A stretch of DNA of 64,000 nt from an uncultured Actinomycetota bacterium (GCA_963843515.1 CAWJKH010000007.1:324017-388016); one strand, 5' to 3'; positions 40,197 through 49,999 are shown, counted from the stretch's first letter. Notes: generated by a model not told the origin, from the letters alone. Numbers and translations: made by a program.

Positions 40197-40943
40197 CCCC
40201 GCCCCACGAGTGGCATGTTCGTCGCCATCAAGGTCATGAACTGGACGTTCGCATCCAGCGGAAGCTCGGCCATGTAGAGGACAGCGTCGCCGACATGACG
40301 CAGGTCGATCCGTGGTTCCGGCCGTATCGAGCCGTCGGCTTGGAGAGCCCCTCTGCCGAAGGCGTCGGACAGCTCGGTGGCTGCATTGCCTATGTCTATC
40401 TGGCCGCACGCGATCCCATAGAGCTCGTCCCTCGAGCGAAATCGACTTGGTGAGGCCGGTAATAGCGTGTTTGGACGCCGTGTAGGCGACCGCATGAGGC
40501 CTGGGGACCTGAGCCGAGACGGAGCCGTTGTTGATAATGCGGCCTCCTTGCGGGCGCTGCTCCTTCATCAGACGAAAGGCCTCGCGGGCGCAGAGGAAGG
40601 AACCGGTCAGGTTGGTGTCCAGAACGGCCCGCCACTGTTCAAGGCTCATGTGCTCAACCGGGGCCGGGGTGCCGAAGATGCCGGCATTGTTGAAGAGGAC
40701 ATCCACTCGGCCGTATTCCTCGCGAGCTCGCTCGAAAAGGGACCGGACCGAGGACTCCTGGGTGACGTCCGTCGGCACCACCAGTCCATGGGATTCGTGA
40801 CCGGCCAGGGTGGTGCGGAGGGCTTCTTCTCGTCGCCCTGCCAGCACCACCCGATATGCCGCCTCAAGAAGCGCCGCGGCAACAGCGCGCCCAATGCCGG
40901 ATCCCGCGCCGGTGACAACGGCCACTCGGCTATCCTGTCTCAT
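40193..40943 (-). pseudogene. SDR-family oxidoreductase, single frame break
   Basis: [18 protein letters not shown]...[20 protein letters not shown], then [15 protein letters not shown]...MPLVGRG*. Break near 40425-40435 at a CCC/GGG run. Confidence 0.75.
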
Positions 40944-41015
40944 CGTTCACCTACTCCCAGTCTCTGGCCTCGGGTTTTGGCTGCGATTCTGGGCCCGGAT
41001 TCAAGTGTCTCACGA

Positions 41016-41723
41016 CTAGGCGGGCTCGATCTCGGGGACGAGCCTACGCTTTGGCCGCTCGCTCATGCGGAGCATGGTGATCCCAAGCCACACGAACCAC
41101 GCGATCTGAAGCAGCCCAAACACGTACGCCACGTCCTTCGCCGGTGGGATCACCGAGAGGATCCCTACAGTGCCGACCGCCAGTCCGAACCAGGCGAGAG
41201 GCCTGGGGAGCCCGGTCGCGCGGAGGCCCGCGAGGCTGACGAGCAGCACCCACATGCCGCCCAGGATCTCGCCGCCGGAGCCACCGAGGCCCTGGGCGAC
41301 CGGCTCGATCGCCTGCCACATGGACACCGCTTGGCCTGGGTCCGTGGGGTAAAGGGCAACGACCGCCCCCATGCCCGCGTTGAAGACCAGGCCGCTCGCA
41401 ACGAGGACGAATGCCCACATCAGGCCCACAACGGTCGCCACCTGCATCACAACCGGCGCCGCCGGCTTCAGTCGCCTGTACAGCGCGAGGGACAGGACGG
41501 CCAGGACGATGCCGAAGAACACGTAGGTGATGAGGTACATGAAGTGCATGCTCCAGTGCTTGGACAGGAGCAGCGCGACCTTCTCGGCCGGGTCTGTCAC
41601 GCTGGGGTACTTGACCACGACGAGGAAGAAGGGCATCGCGAGCAGATACGCGGCGGCCAGGTACAGCGCGGCCAAGCCGCCCGTCTTCCGCCCCCCAGTG
41701 GTGGTTTGGCCGACTGTGTTCAT
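41016..41723 (-). CDS. DUF4386-like membrane protein (copy 1)
   Basis: Starts at the Met at 41723. Multi-TM; its pattern resembles the second copy at 44623. Confidence 0.65.
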   Translation of the reverse strand: MNTVGQTTTGGRKTGGLAALYLAAAYLLAMPFFLVVVKYPSVTDPAEKVALLLSKHWSMHFMYLITYVFFGIVLAVLSLALYRRLKPAAPVVMQVATVVGLMWAFVLVASGLVFNAGMGAVVALYPTDPGQAVSMWQAIEPVAQGLGGSGGEILGGMWVLLVSLAGLRATGLPRPLAWFGLAVGTVGILSVIPPAKDVAYVFGLLQIAWFVWLGITMLRMSERPKRRLVPEIEPA

Positions 41724-41774
41724 CGTTCTCTCCGTTCTGGCCTGCAACTCGCCCTCCTTGCGGGCGGGCCGCAA

Positions 41775-41886
41775 AACCGCTAGACTGGAATTACACTGTA
41801 AGTATTATACATACAACGTAAGTTTGTCAAGCCCTGTCATCTTGGTGGCCGACACCGAGTGTGACCGGAAGTAACGAAGGTGGCTG
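41775..41886. promoter_or_regulatory. AT-rich divergent promoter/operator region between the DUF4386 gene and TetR
   Basis: The most AT-rich stretch in the area. GTAAGT hexamers at 41798 and 41818 (20-bp spacing) within ACACTGTAAGTATTATACATACAACGTAAGTTTGT. Confidence 0.4.
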
Positions 41887-42564
41887 ATGAGCAGACGACC
41901 GAAATCGAATCCAAAACCGCGGATTCCGCTCAGTCGAGAACGCGTGCTGCGAGCAGCGCTGGACCTCGTTGACGAGAGTGGCATCGACTCCCTCACGATG
42001 CGGGAACTCGGCCAGCGGCTTGGGGTCGAGGCCATGTCGCTGTACAACCACGTCGAAAACAAGGACGACATCCTGGACGGCATGATCGACCTCGTTGTGA
42101 GCGAGATCGACCTACCGTCTGACGACGTCGGCTGGCGGGAGGCGATGCGGAGGCGAGCCGTTTCGGCCCGGGAGGCGTTCGCCCGCCATCCCTGGGCGAG
42201 CGCCCTAATCGACTCGCGAGAGACCAGCGGACCCGAAAGGCTGCATTACTTCGATTGGGTGATCGGCACCCTTAGACGGGCCGGGTTCTCCGTAGAGTTG
42301 GCCGTTCACGCGTTCTCGGTGATGGACAGCTACGTCTATGGTTTCGGCCGCCAGCAACTCAACGCGTCCGCCGGCGAGGCCGACACTCACGAGACAGCCG
42401 AAACATTCCTGTCCGCGATTCCCGCCGACGAGTTTCCGTATCTCACCGAGGTCTTCACCGAGTACATCCTGCGAACCGGGTATGACGAGCGTGCCGACTT
42501 CGATTTCGGCCTGGGCCTGATACTCGACGGCCTGGAGCGAGTTCTCGATTCAGCGACCAGGTAG
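41887..42564 (+). CDS. TetR/AcrR-family transcriptional regulator
   Basis: N-terminal HTH (LSRERVLRAALDLVDESGIDSLTMRELGQRLGVEAMSLYNHV) plus a TetR C-terminal domain. Confidence 0.85.
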   Translation: MSRRPKSNPKPRIPLSRERVLRAALDLVDESGIDSLTMRELGQRLGVEAMSLYNHVENKDDILDGMIDLVVSEIDLPSDDVGWREAMRRRAVSAREAFARHPWASALIDSRETSGPERLHYFDWVIGTLRRAGFSVELAVHAFSVMDSYVYGFGRQQLNASAGEADTHETAETFLSAIPADEFPYLTEVFTEYILRTGYDERADFDFGLGLILDGLERVLDSATR

Positions 42565-42700
42565 GCGATGGCCACTCATCGAGGGCTGCCATCAGGTCTC
42601 TGCCCCTCGTGCCGCTCAAATGGGCAAGGTGACACCAATGAGGCTGGTGGCGTACCCGCACAACCCGAGCCCGGGCTCAGTGTCGTAAGGATGTTTCTGA

Positions 42701-42940
42701 CTAGTAATCCCGATGGGATCCGTCACACTGCGGTGCGTTCTTTGACAGACCGCACATGCAGATTGCCATCGGCGTCTTGCCGTCTGCCTCGAACTCCAGA
42801 GGGGTGAACCTCGATCCCTCGTGAGAACCGTCGCAGAACGGCGGTGTCTGCGTCTGTCCACAGCTGCACCAGTAATGCGTGCCCTTTTCCAGGGTGACCA
42901 TTGCCGGCTTGTCCAAGTCGGCCGCATTCACAAATCTCAT
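42701..42940 (-). CDS. CDGSH iron-sulfur domain protein (two CDGSH motifs)
   Basis: 79 aa with CSCGQTQTPPFCDGSH and CMCGLSKNAPQCDGSH. Confidence 0.85.
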   Translation of the reverse strand: MRFVNAADLDKPAMVTLEKGTHYWCSCGQTQTPPFCDGSHEGSRFTPLEFEADGKTPMAICMCGLSKNAPQCDGSHRDY

Positions 42941-43027
42941 CTCTACCTCCTATGGCGATGCCACCAAGCCGAGGATACCCGACATAGCGCCGCGCCACGC
43001 ACATGTGTCCTTCCTGTCCGCCCACCC

Positions 43028-43291
43028 CTACTCGTAGTGGGTCCCCATGCGAAGCACCTTCACTATCCGCTCCTCGTCCAGGATCTGGTAGACCAGACGA
43101 TGCTGGATGTTGATCCGGCGGGAATATGCTCCCGACAGATCGCCGACCAACTTCTCGAACGGGGGCGGGGTCAGATAGGGGTCTTGCTCTAGGATCTCGA
43201 GCAAAGCCTGGGCCTTGGCCTTGAGACCGGCCGCCGCTGGCTTCTTGGCGTCCTTCTGGGCGGCCTTCGTGTAGACGAGCCGCCAGCTCAC
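43028..43291 (-). CDS. yoeB: YoeB/Txe-family toxin
   Basis: 87 aa. LVGDLSGAYSRRINIQHRLVYQI...H(Y)E C-terminus. 4-nt overlap with the upstream antitoxin. Confidence 0.85.
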   Translation of the reverse strand: MSWRLVYTKAAQKDAKKPAAAGLKAKAQALLEILEQDPYLTPPPFEKLVGDLSGAYSRRINIQHRLVYQILDEERIVKVLRMGTHYE

Positions 43292-43530
43292 CAGTCAAGC
43301 TGGTCTTCGAGATCCTCGACTGGCGTTGCCATACCCTCGAGGATGGATTCCCGCATGCCCGGAATGGAGACGAGATGCAGGGTCTCCTGTACTGCCCGCC
43401 AGTCGTCCTCGCCGACGAGAACGGCGTTGCCCCTCTTGCCCGTGATCTGCACAGGCTCGTGCGAATCCGCCACGTCGTCGATCAGCTTGTAGAGCCGCTT
43501 TCGTGCTTCGGTCGCGGTAACCGTGGTCAT
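43288..43530 (-). CDS. yefM: Phd/YefM-family antitoxin
   Basis: MTTVTATEARKRLYKLIDDV...PVQITGKRGNAVLV from the Met at 43530. Confidence 0.85.
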   Translation of the reverse strand: MTTVTATEARKRLYKLIDDVADSHEPVQITGKRGNAVLVGEDDWRAVQETLHLVSIPGMRESILEGMATPVEDLEDQLDW

Positions 43531-43544
43531 CCCATACCTCCAGA

Positions 43545-43588
43545 CTATACGTACGGCAAAGCGTACGCTCATCGCAGGTGAATGTCAA
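43545..43588 (-). promoter_or_regulatory. candidate yefM-yoeB promoter with paired GTAC-core operator half-sites
   Basis: Minus strand: TTGACA (43588-43583), 17 nt, TACGCT (43565-43560). Palindromic GCGTACGC and CCGTACGT GTAC cores lie 12 bp apart over the -10 region. Confidence 0.45.
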
Positions 43589-43592
43589 GTTC

Positions 43593-43651
43593 GGGGCCTG
43601 AGAAGACAAAGTGCCCATTTGCAGGCCAAATAGGCCGACAGGTGGCGGGGC
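43593..43651 (+). repeat. mosaic repeat copy: H1 head plus core, no tail
   Basis: TCGGGGCCTGAGAAGACAAAGTGCCCATTTGCAGGCCAAATAGGCCGACAGGTGGCGGGG aligns to the heads at 59533 and 63549. Homology stops 1 nt from the ADH stop codon. Confidence 0.7.
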
Positions 43652-44596
43652 TCAGCGGTCGACGTGTCCCACAGTGATCGCCACGCCGCCCCTCTTATGC
43701 CCGGCCTCCACGTACCCGTGGGCCTCGACAATCTCCTCGAACGGGTAGCATCTGTCAAGGACTGGTTTGATGTGGCCCGCTTCGACCAACTCCCTCATCA
43801 GGTCCAGTCGCCGGGATTCCAGCAACAAACTGCCGTCATCGATCGAAGCGTACGCGCCCCGAGGGACCAGCGCCTTCCTGCATTCCACCTTCAGCTTTGA
43901 GGTCTTGACCTTGCCGACCGCGTCGAGCATGAAGTCGAACTGGGCGCCCGGCCCCGGGGAGTCCTCTTTGGTGTAGTCGATCACTCGGTCGGCCCCCAGG
44001 GACTTCACCAATTCCAGATTCGCCGTGCTGCAAACCCCGGTGACCTCCGCCCCTAGGTATTTGGCATACTGCACGGCCGTCGTCCCCGATGTGCCCGAAG
44101 CTCCGTAGATGAGTACCCTTTGCCCGGGCTGGATGTTCCCCTTTGCCGTGAACTGCAGCGCCAAGAGCCCACCATACGCGGCCGCGGTGGCCTCTTCGTA
44201 GGTGAGATTTGCGGGTTTCAGTGCCAAGCATCCATGCTTGGAGTCCGTTTCCTTCATGCATTTGTACTCGGCGTAGGCGCCAAGCCCGAAGCCCGTAAGA
44301 CCATAGACTTGGTCACCGGTCTTGAATCTCTTGATGTCGGCGCCCACCGATTCGATCTCTCCCGCCAGTACCAAGCCGATGATGGACTTTCGCGGCTTCG
44401 TCAGGCCGATCATCAATCGCATGGGGATCAAGAACCGGATGGGTATCTGGCTGCCGCGAATGAATATGTCGCTCGCCGTCACCGCCGTGGCATGCACCTT
44501 GATGCAGACTTCATCGTTCGTCGGGACAGGCTTGGCGACATCCTCGAGTCGCAGGACTTCCGGTGGGCCGTATTTCGGGCAGACGATGGCTTTCAC
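43652..44596 (-). CDS. zinc-type/MDR alcohol dehydrogenase or quinone oxidoreductase
   Basis: 314 aa. MKAIVCPKYGPPEVLRLEDV...LIYGASGTSGTTAVQYAK. Confidence 0.8.
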   Translation of the reverse strand: MKAIVCPKYGPPEVLRLEDVAKPVPTNDEVCIKVHATAVTASDIFIRGSQIPIRFLIPMRLMIGLTKPRKSIIGLVLAGEIESVGADIKRFKTGDQVYGLTGFGLGAYAEYKCMKETDSKHGCLALKPANLTYEEATAAAYGGLLALQFTAKGNIQPGQRVLIYGASGTSGTTAVQYAKYLGAEVTGVCSTANLELVKSLGADRVIDYTKEDSPGPGAQFDFMLDAVGKVKTSKLKVECRKALVPRGAYASIDDGSLLLESRRLDLMRELVEAGHIKPVLDRCYPFEEIVEAHGYVEAGHKRGGVAITVGHVDR

Positions 44597-44622
44597 GACG
44601 ATCCCCCTCTGGCCGCCAGCAA

Positions 44623-45351
44623 TCAGGCGATCGCAGCCTCCGCGGAAGCCTTGACATGCACGCTGCTATCGGACGTCATCGCCGACGTATTGAACCCCTT
44701 GGCTATCAGCCACACCGCCAGAACCATTTCCTGCAGGCCTATCGGGGCATTCAGAGCCATCTGGACCGGCGACATCGAACCGGTGACGCCGAACAGAACC
44801 AGCAGGGCCGCCGCTGCACCCAAGATCACTCCGCCAACGCCCCAAGCCGCCAACCAGCGAGGAACGAGCCGGGTTTGATAGAAGACACGGTAGTAGAGCA
44901 GACCGCCCACGTAGAAGGCGAATATTCCCGCGAGCCCGGCCCAATCGTCGAGCGCCTTCAGAAGCGTCCCCGACTGATTGAAATACGCCGGATCGCCGGC
45001 GCCGGTCTTCACGAATTCCTGGCTCAGCGTCAGCAGCAGTAGGACGCTGACTGCGCCAAGCGTATAGAACGTCCCCTCGATGACCCTGAAACCGACTGCG
45101 CCAAGAGCCAGACCTTGACGGTATCTTCTCAGAACTGGATAGAGCGAGATCGCAATGGCGGCAGACGCGAACGCTGCAATGAAACGAACAAGCACGCCTA
45201 CTGTCACCTGGCCTTCGTTCGCAGCGATCTTGGTGAGATAGTCCGGACTACCCACTGATCCCAAAAAAGCGACGCTCAGCAGGCTGGCCGCTGTCGCGAT
45301 GATGAAGAGTACTCCCGAGATCCTCGCGATAGACCTGTGTGTATTCGTCAT
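44623..45351 (-). CDS. DUF4386-like membrane protein (copy 2)
   Basis: Starts at the Met at 45351 (MTNTHRSIARISGVLFIIATAASLL). Confidence 0.65.
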   Translation of the reverse strand: MTNTHRSIARISGVLFIIATAASLLSVAFLGSVGSPDYLTKIAANEGQVTVGVLVRFIAAFASAAIAISLYPVLRRYRQGLALGAVGFRVIEGTFYTLGAVSVLLLLTLSQEFVKTGAGDPAYFNQSGTLLKALDDWAGLAGIFAFYVGGLLYYRVFYQTRLVPRWLAAWGVGGVILGAAAALLVLFGVTGSMSPVQMALNAPIGLQEMVLAVWLIAKGFNTSAMTSDSSVHVKASAEAAIA

Positions 45352-45374
45352 GGTTGTCTCCCTACTTTGCCTGA

Positions 45375-46358
45375 GTGATCTCACCTGACCCTGCGACTCC
45401 ATGTCTAGCTTCCTCTGGCTCTCACCGAGATCCAATAGTCACGTGGTGGGTCTTGAAGCTGGCCGGATGGCCAGTTCGCTATGTCGATGACACGTTCTAC
45501 GAGCGGAACTGGTATATCGGGGTGCCCGATGACCAGTGGTATCACTGCACTCCATGGGACAACGGAGGCGCCCTCGATGGCTTCAACCCGTCTGAGTGGC
45601 TTCCTCAGGCACGCGCGGAAATGCTGGGTGAAGGCCTTCTCGACCTTGTGACGAGCGCGTCGGGCTTCACCCAAGCGGTGAGCGACAACGGCGACCACAT
45701 CTACAAAGGCACCCTCACCGTAGCCACGCTCGCCGATCACAATCTCGGCCTCTCCGGCGCGCCCTTCGCTGGGGCCCCCATGAAAGGCCTCGCGGCCACG
45801 GCCCGCGACCCGCAGGCGAACGAAGAGTTCCGCACCGCCATAGGCGACATCCCGGTCACAATGGAGGTGACCGTTGGCGCGGACGGACTAGTCAAGGCGG
45901 CGACTCTCGCGTACACGACGGGTGGCGAGGAGATGCGCATCAAGCCCAACGGGAGGTTGGGCGCGGCGCCATATGAGAGCCACTTCATTTTCGGCCTTAC
46001 GTACAGTCAGTTCGGCTCGGCGCCGGCCATCGAACTACCGGATGCCGCCCAGACCGTGACTACCGACAAGCCGGCCGGATACCACGTGAAGTGGAGGGAC
46101 CCGGGGTCCCCACGTGACGATTCGGAAGATCGGTGCGCTCGCCGCTCTCCTGGCCCTCTTTGCGGCAGTAGGTCTCATGCCGGCCGGCTGCGCGGGGGAG
46201 GAGACCCCGCGGCGCCGCTACGTCGGGCGCGCCGCTTTCGGCAGGTCTACTGCCGGGCCATGGCGATCCGCAAGTCGGCTTCGGTATCCGGGATCAGCTC
46301 ACCGGACACATCCACCGTCACCCGTTTGATAGTCCCGGTGAAGTGGAATGCGCCCTGA
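45375..46358 (+). CDS. hypothetical protein, ends uncertain (possibly a 5'-truncated lipoprotein paralog)
   Basis: Long ORF with non-repetitive composition up to about 46110 (…TVTTDKPAGYHVKWRDPGSP). No signal peptide or recognised motif. The tail after 46114 overlaps another frame and the antisense of the sulfatase gene. Confidence 0.3.
   Translation: MISPDPATPCLASSGSHRDPIVTWWVLKLAGWPVRYVDDTFYERNWYIGVPDDQWYHCTPWDNGGALDGFNPSEWLPQARAEMLGEGLLDLVTSASGFTQAVSDNGDHIYKGTLTVATLADHNLGLSGAPFAGAPMKGLAATARDPQANEEFRTAIGDIPVTMEVTVGADGLVKAATLAYTTGGEEMRIKPNGRLGAAPYESHFIFGLTYSQFGSAPAIELPDAAQTVTTDKPAGYHVKWRDPGSPRDDSEDRCARRSPGPLCGSRSHAGRLRGGGDPAAPLRRARRFRQVYCRAMAIRKSASVSGISSPDTSTVTRLIVPVKWNAP
46114..46245 (+). 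pseudogene. orphan lipoprotein signal peptide (5' gene fragment)
   Basis: The GTG at 46114 encodes TIRKIGALAALLALFAAVGLMPAGCAGEE with a lipobox. The frame then runs straight into the antisense of the sulfatase 3' end. Confidence 0.4.
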
Positions 46359-48619
46359 TACTCCTCGGGCGCCGCCGGCTCGCGGCCGTCGTAGCCGCAG
46401 GTCAGACCCTGTGTCCCGAACATCGCAAGGACCGAGTGGGGCATGTCGATGCTGGCAGCCAGCTTGCGATCGACATAAAGCTGGCCCCGGGCCGGCACCC
46501 CGTGCCCCTGTGCGGGATCGGGCTTGCCGATGGGTTCGAACTCGTAACGCAATTCGACTTCACCCTCCGGGATCACCGCATCGGACTTGAGCCAGAACTT
46601 GTCGCGGCCCAGCCAGTTGTAGAGGAAGTACAGTCTCCGCTCCTTGACGAAAAAGGTGTACCCGCCAGTGCGGCCACCCAGAGCCAGTAGGACGCCCTCC
46701 GCGCCACCCTCGGGGATCACCACATCTGCGGTGATGCTCCAGGGCCTGTTGTACAACTTGGGCGCGGCGGTGAAGGGGACCGACGCTCCGCCCGGGTACA
46801 AGACGAACTTGTTCCTGGGCTTGGCGATGGTCGGGCGTTCCACGTTCATTCGCTCGAATGCGCTGCCGTCGATCGGCAACACCTGATACTTGCCGGCCTC
46901 GGCCCACCAGCGGCCGATCATCTCGATCAACTTCTCGCGATGCTCGGCGGCCAGGTTATGGGATTCGGAATAGTCCTCGGCGATGTGGTAGAGCTCCCAG
47001 TCGTGGGCCTCGAGATCCGAGAGCACGTCGTTGGGGATAGACGAGCCGAACTTGCGGCCCTTCTCGGCGGCCTCGGTGAAGCTCGGGCCCGGCCACGGAC
47101 AGACCGCCCGCCAGCCATCATGATCAATGGCCCGGTGACCGATCATTTCGAAGTACTGAGTGTGGTGATTAGTTGGCGCAGCCGCGTCGTCGAACGTGTG
47201 CGCGAAGCTGACACCGTCAATCGGCGCCTGGCCGACTCCGCGGATGTCTTGCGGAGCCTCGGTGCCCAGCGCCTCCAGTACTGTCGGGACGAAGTCGATG
47301 ATGTGCCCGTACTGCGTCCGCAGTTCCCCACGGGCCTTGATGCCCTTGGGCCATGACACGATGCACGGGTCGGTGGTGCCGCCCCGATAGGTCTCGCGCT
47401 TCCAACGGCGGAACGGCGTGTTGCCGGCGTTGGTCCAGGCCCAGGGATAGTGGTTGCAGCTCTCAACGCCACCCAACTTGTCGATCATCGCAAGATTGTC
47501 TTCGAGCGATTCCTTGGCGTTGTTGAAGAAGAACATCTCGTTGAGCGAGCCGACCGGCCCCCCCTCGGAGCTGGCGCCGTTGTCCGAGACGACCATGATC
47601 AGCGTGTTGTCCAACTCGCCGATCTCTTTCAGGAACTCGAGGACGCGCCCGAAGTGATGATCGGTGAAGCTGACAAACCCCGCGTAGACCTCCATGAACC
47701 GCGCGTCGAGCCGCTTCGCTTCGTCCGGCAGCGTGCCCCATGCGGGCACGTCGGGGTCGTGTGCGGATAGCGCGGTGCCCGGGGGGATGATGCCCATATC
47801 GAGCTGGCGCTGGTGGACTATCTCGCGGTACTTGTCCCACCCCATGTCGAACTTGCCCTTGTACTTGTCCGCCCACTCCTTGGGCACATGGTGCGGCGCG
47901 TGGCCGGCGCCCGTCGCGTAGTAGAGGAAGAAGGGCTTGTCGGGCGCGGTGACCTGCGAGTCCTGGATGAACTCGATGGCCTTGTCGGCCAGGTCGATGC
48001 TCAGGTGATAGCCCTCCTCAGGCAACTTGGGCTGATCCACCTCGTGATTGTCGTAGGTCAGTTCCGGATACCACTGGTTGGTCTCGCCCCCTATGAAACC
48101 GTAGAAGCGCTCGAAGCCCCGACCGAGGGGCCAGCGGTCGTAAGGACCAGCTGCCGTGGTGTGTTCGGGAGGTGTCAGGTGCCACTTGCCCACGCAGAAC
48201 GTGTTGTAGCCCTGGGGCAACAGGATCTCGCTCAGCATGCCCCTGTCAAAGGGCAGGATGCCGTTGTAGCCAGGATAGCCGGTAGAGAACTCGGTGATCA
48301 TCGCGAGCCCGAGGGAGTGGTGGTTGCGCCCGGTGAGGATGCAGCCCCGCGATGGCGAGCACAACGCCGTGGTGTGCATGTTGGTGTAGCGCAGGCCATT
48401 GGCGGCCAGGCTGTCTATGACGGGGGTCTCGACGAGCCCGCCGAAGCACGACAGCTGCCCGTAGCCCACATCGTCCAGCACGAAGAAGAGGACATTCGGC
48501 GCGCCCTCAGGAGGACGCGGCGGCTCCGGCCACGCCGGCGACGACTCCTCGGTGGTCCGCCCAATAACCCCGGTGAACGGCGCCCCGTCCTTGTAGGTCT
48601 TGATGGCCATCCGGCTCAC
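46247..48619 (-). CDS. arylsulfatase (formylglycine-dependent, large AtsA-type)
   Basis: 790 aa, intact. NVLFFVLDDVGYG and the CSPSRGCILTGR sulfatase signature. Confidence 0.9.
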   Translation of the reverse strand: MSRMAIKTYKDGAPFTGVIGRTTEESSPAWPEPPRPPEGAPNVLFFVLDDVGYGQLSCFGGLVETPVIDSLAANGLRYTNMHTTALCSPSRGCILTGRNHHSLGLAMITEFSTGYPGYNGILPFDRGMLSEILLPQGYNTFCVGKWHLTPPEHTTAAGPYDRWPLGRGFERFYGFIGGETNQWYPELTYDNHEVDQPKLPEEGYHLSIDLADKAIEFIQDSQVTAPDKPFFLYYATGAGHAPHHVPKEWADKYKGKFDMGWDKYREIVHQRQLDMGIIPPGTALSAHDPDVPAWGTLPDEAKRLDARFMEVYAGFVSFTDHHFGRVLEFLKEIGELDNTLIMVVSDNGASSEGGPVGSLNEMFFFNNAKESLEDNLAMIDKLGGVESCNHYPWAWTNAGNTPFRRWKRETYRGGTTDPCIVSWPKGIKARGELRTQYGHIIDFVPTVLEALGTEAPQDIRGVGQAPIDGVSFAHTFDDAAAPTNHHTQYFEMIGHRAIDHDGWRAVCPWPGPSFTEAAEKGRKFGSSIPNDVLSDLEAHDWELYHIAEDYSESHNLAAEHREKLIEMIGRWWAEAGKYQVLPIDGSAFERMNVERPTIAKPRNKFVLYPGGASVPFTAAPKLYNRPWSITADVVIPEGGAEGVLLALGGRTGGYTFFVKERRLYFLYNWLGRDKFWLKSDAVIPEGEVELRYEFEPIGKPDPAQGHGVPARGQLYVDRKLAASIDMPHSVLAMFGTQGLTCGYDGREPAAPEEYQGAFHFTGTIKRVTVDVSGELIPDTEADLRIAMARQ

Positions 48620-48744
48620 CCTCTCTTCCGACTCGGCTGTCGCTGCTCACTAGATACGGCTCCTTCAGGATAGGGCAAGAATCGGGGAGTGGAAAGCCCG
48701 CGTGACGGCTGGTGGTTGGAAAGCGGACGGAGCCGACCGCCTGA

Positions 48745-49299
48745 TGCTCCCTGCCAAGCGGGCTGGGGGAAAACCCAGTCCTCAACGTCAAGAACAAGTC
48801 GCACGCGATCACCGCGCAGGTCGTGGTACCCAAAGACGGGGCCAAGGGCGTCATCCTCGCGCAGGGAGGCCTCTTTGGAGGGTGGAGCCTCTACACTAAG
48901 GACGGCCGGCCCGTCTATTGCTACAACCTGCTCGGGCTACAGAAGTTCAAGATCGAAGGCAAGACACAGATCCCGGCCGGCGAGCACCAGGTGCGGATGG
49001 AGTTCGCCTACGACGGAGGTGGCTTGGGTAAGGGCGGCACCGTCTCCCTCTACATCGACGGCGAGAAGAGCGGCGAGGGACGAGTCGAGCGGACCCAGCC
49101 GATCATCTTCTCCCTGGACGACAAGACAGACGTCGGCAGCGACCGTCTCACGCCGGTCAGCGATGACTACGAAGCTCCCGACTCGGCCTTCAACGGGCGG
49201 ATCAAATGGATCCAGCTCGATCTCGGCGCCGACGCAGAAGACGCCGACCACCTGATCACTCCGGAAGAGCGGTATACGGTCGCACTGGCCCTGCATTAG
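48745..49299 (+). pseudogene. 3' remnant of a second arylsulfatase (C-terminal beta-sandwich domain only)
   Basis: The frame opens after a stop at 48742. ENPVLNVKNKSHAITAQVVVPKDGAKGVILAQGGLFGGWSLYTKDGRPVYCYN parallels ...WSITADVVIPEGGAEGVLLALGGRTGGYTFFVKERRLYFLYN of the neighbouring intact gene. The ~600 N-terminal residues are absent. Confidence 0.7.
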
Positions 49300-49420
49300 C
49301 TGCGGGGCCGCAGCCAATCCCGGGGTCCCCATATGCCAGGAGGAAGTTGACTTGCTGGAAGAACGGCATACGCTTGAGTCATGCACCACACGGTGACGCT
49401 CTAGCAGAAAGGGGACTCCC

Positions 49421-49876
49421 GTGAAACGCCGCAGGTATGTCATGCTCGGGCTGGCAGTGTTGACATTGACCATGGTCTCGGTAGGGCTGGGGGCGTGTGG
49501 CGGTGGGAGCGATGACCCGGCGGCCATCTACGAGAAAGCGAGAATGGCCTTTGTCAACAATGATGTCGCCGCCGCCAAGGAAGTCTTTGCAGATGATGCC
49601 GTTATTAAGTGGCCACAAGGCACCGATCCGGCCGTGTCCACTGGCATCGATGAGATCACCGCCATGGTAAAGGACTATCCGGTCGACCCCATGGAGGTGG
49701 GAGACCCGTGGACCTACGTCCCCTCCGCCAAGGACCTAGAGCCTTTGCCCAACTCGTACAAGGGAGCATCGTACGTAGCCAGCCTGGTAAGAGTTGAGGG
49801 TAATCTCTACATGAATCTGGTGCAGATTGTTGACGGGAAGATCGTCAACAATTGGATCACGCCCATGTATCGCTAG
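49421..49876 (+). CDS. lipoprotein, possibly NTF2/SnoaL-like fold
   Basis: GTG start; signal plus lipobox (LTMVSVGLGACGG). 151 aa. Confidence 0.65.
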   Translation: MKRRRYVMLGLAVLTLTMVSVGLGACGGGSDDPAAIYEKARMAFVNNDVAAAKEVFADDAVIKWPQGTDPAVSTGIDEITAMVKDYPVDPMEVGDPWTYVPSAKDLEPLPNSYKGASYVASLVRVEGNLYMNLVQIVDGKIVNNWITPMYR

Positions 49877-49999
49877 TGAACCGCTTTGGCCATCTTCCCC
49901 ACATGGTCTGAGGTTGTCTCCCAATGCAGCGGGCCCCCCGGCCGGCGTGACTTGGAAGCAGCCAATCCGGGGGGCCCTAGCGATCGTGATGACCAGGGG

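Noticed and set aside
49299-49314. Hairpins after stop codons (GCTGCGGGGCCGCAGC at 49299; CGCCGCG...CGCGGCG at 61364) as terminators
   Set aside because: There is no downstream T-tract, and GC-rich palindromes of this size are common in this sequence. Only the 23225 hairpin has the full intrinsic-terminator signature.
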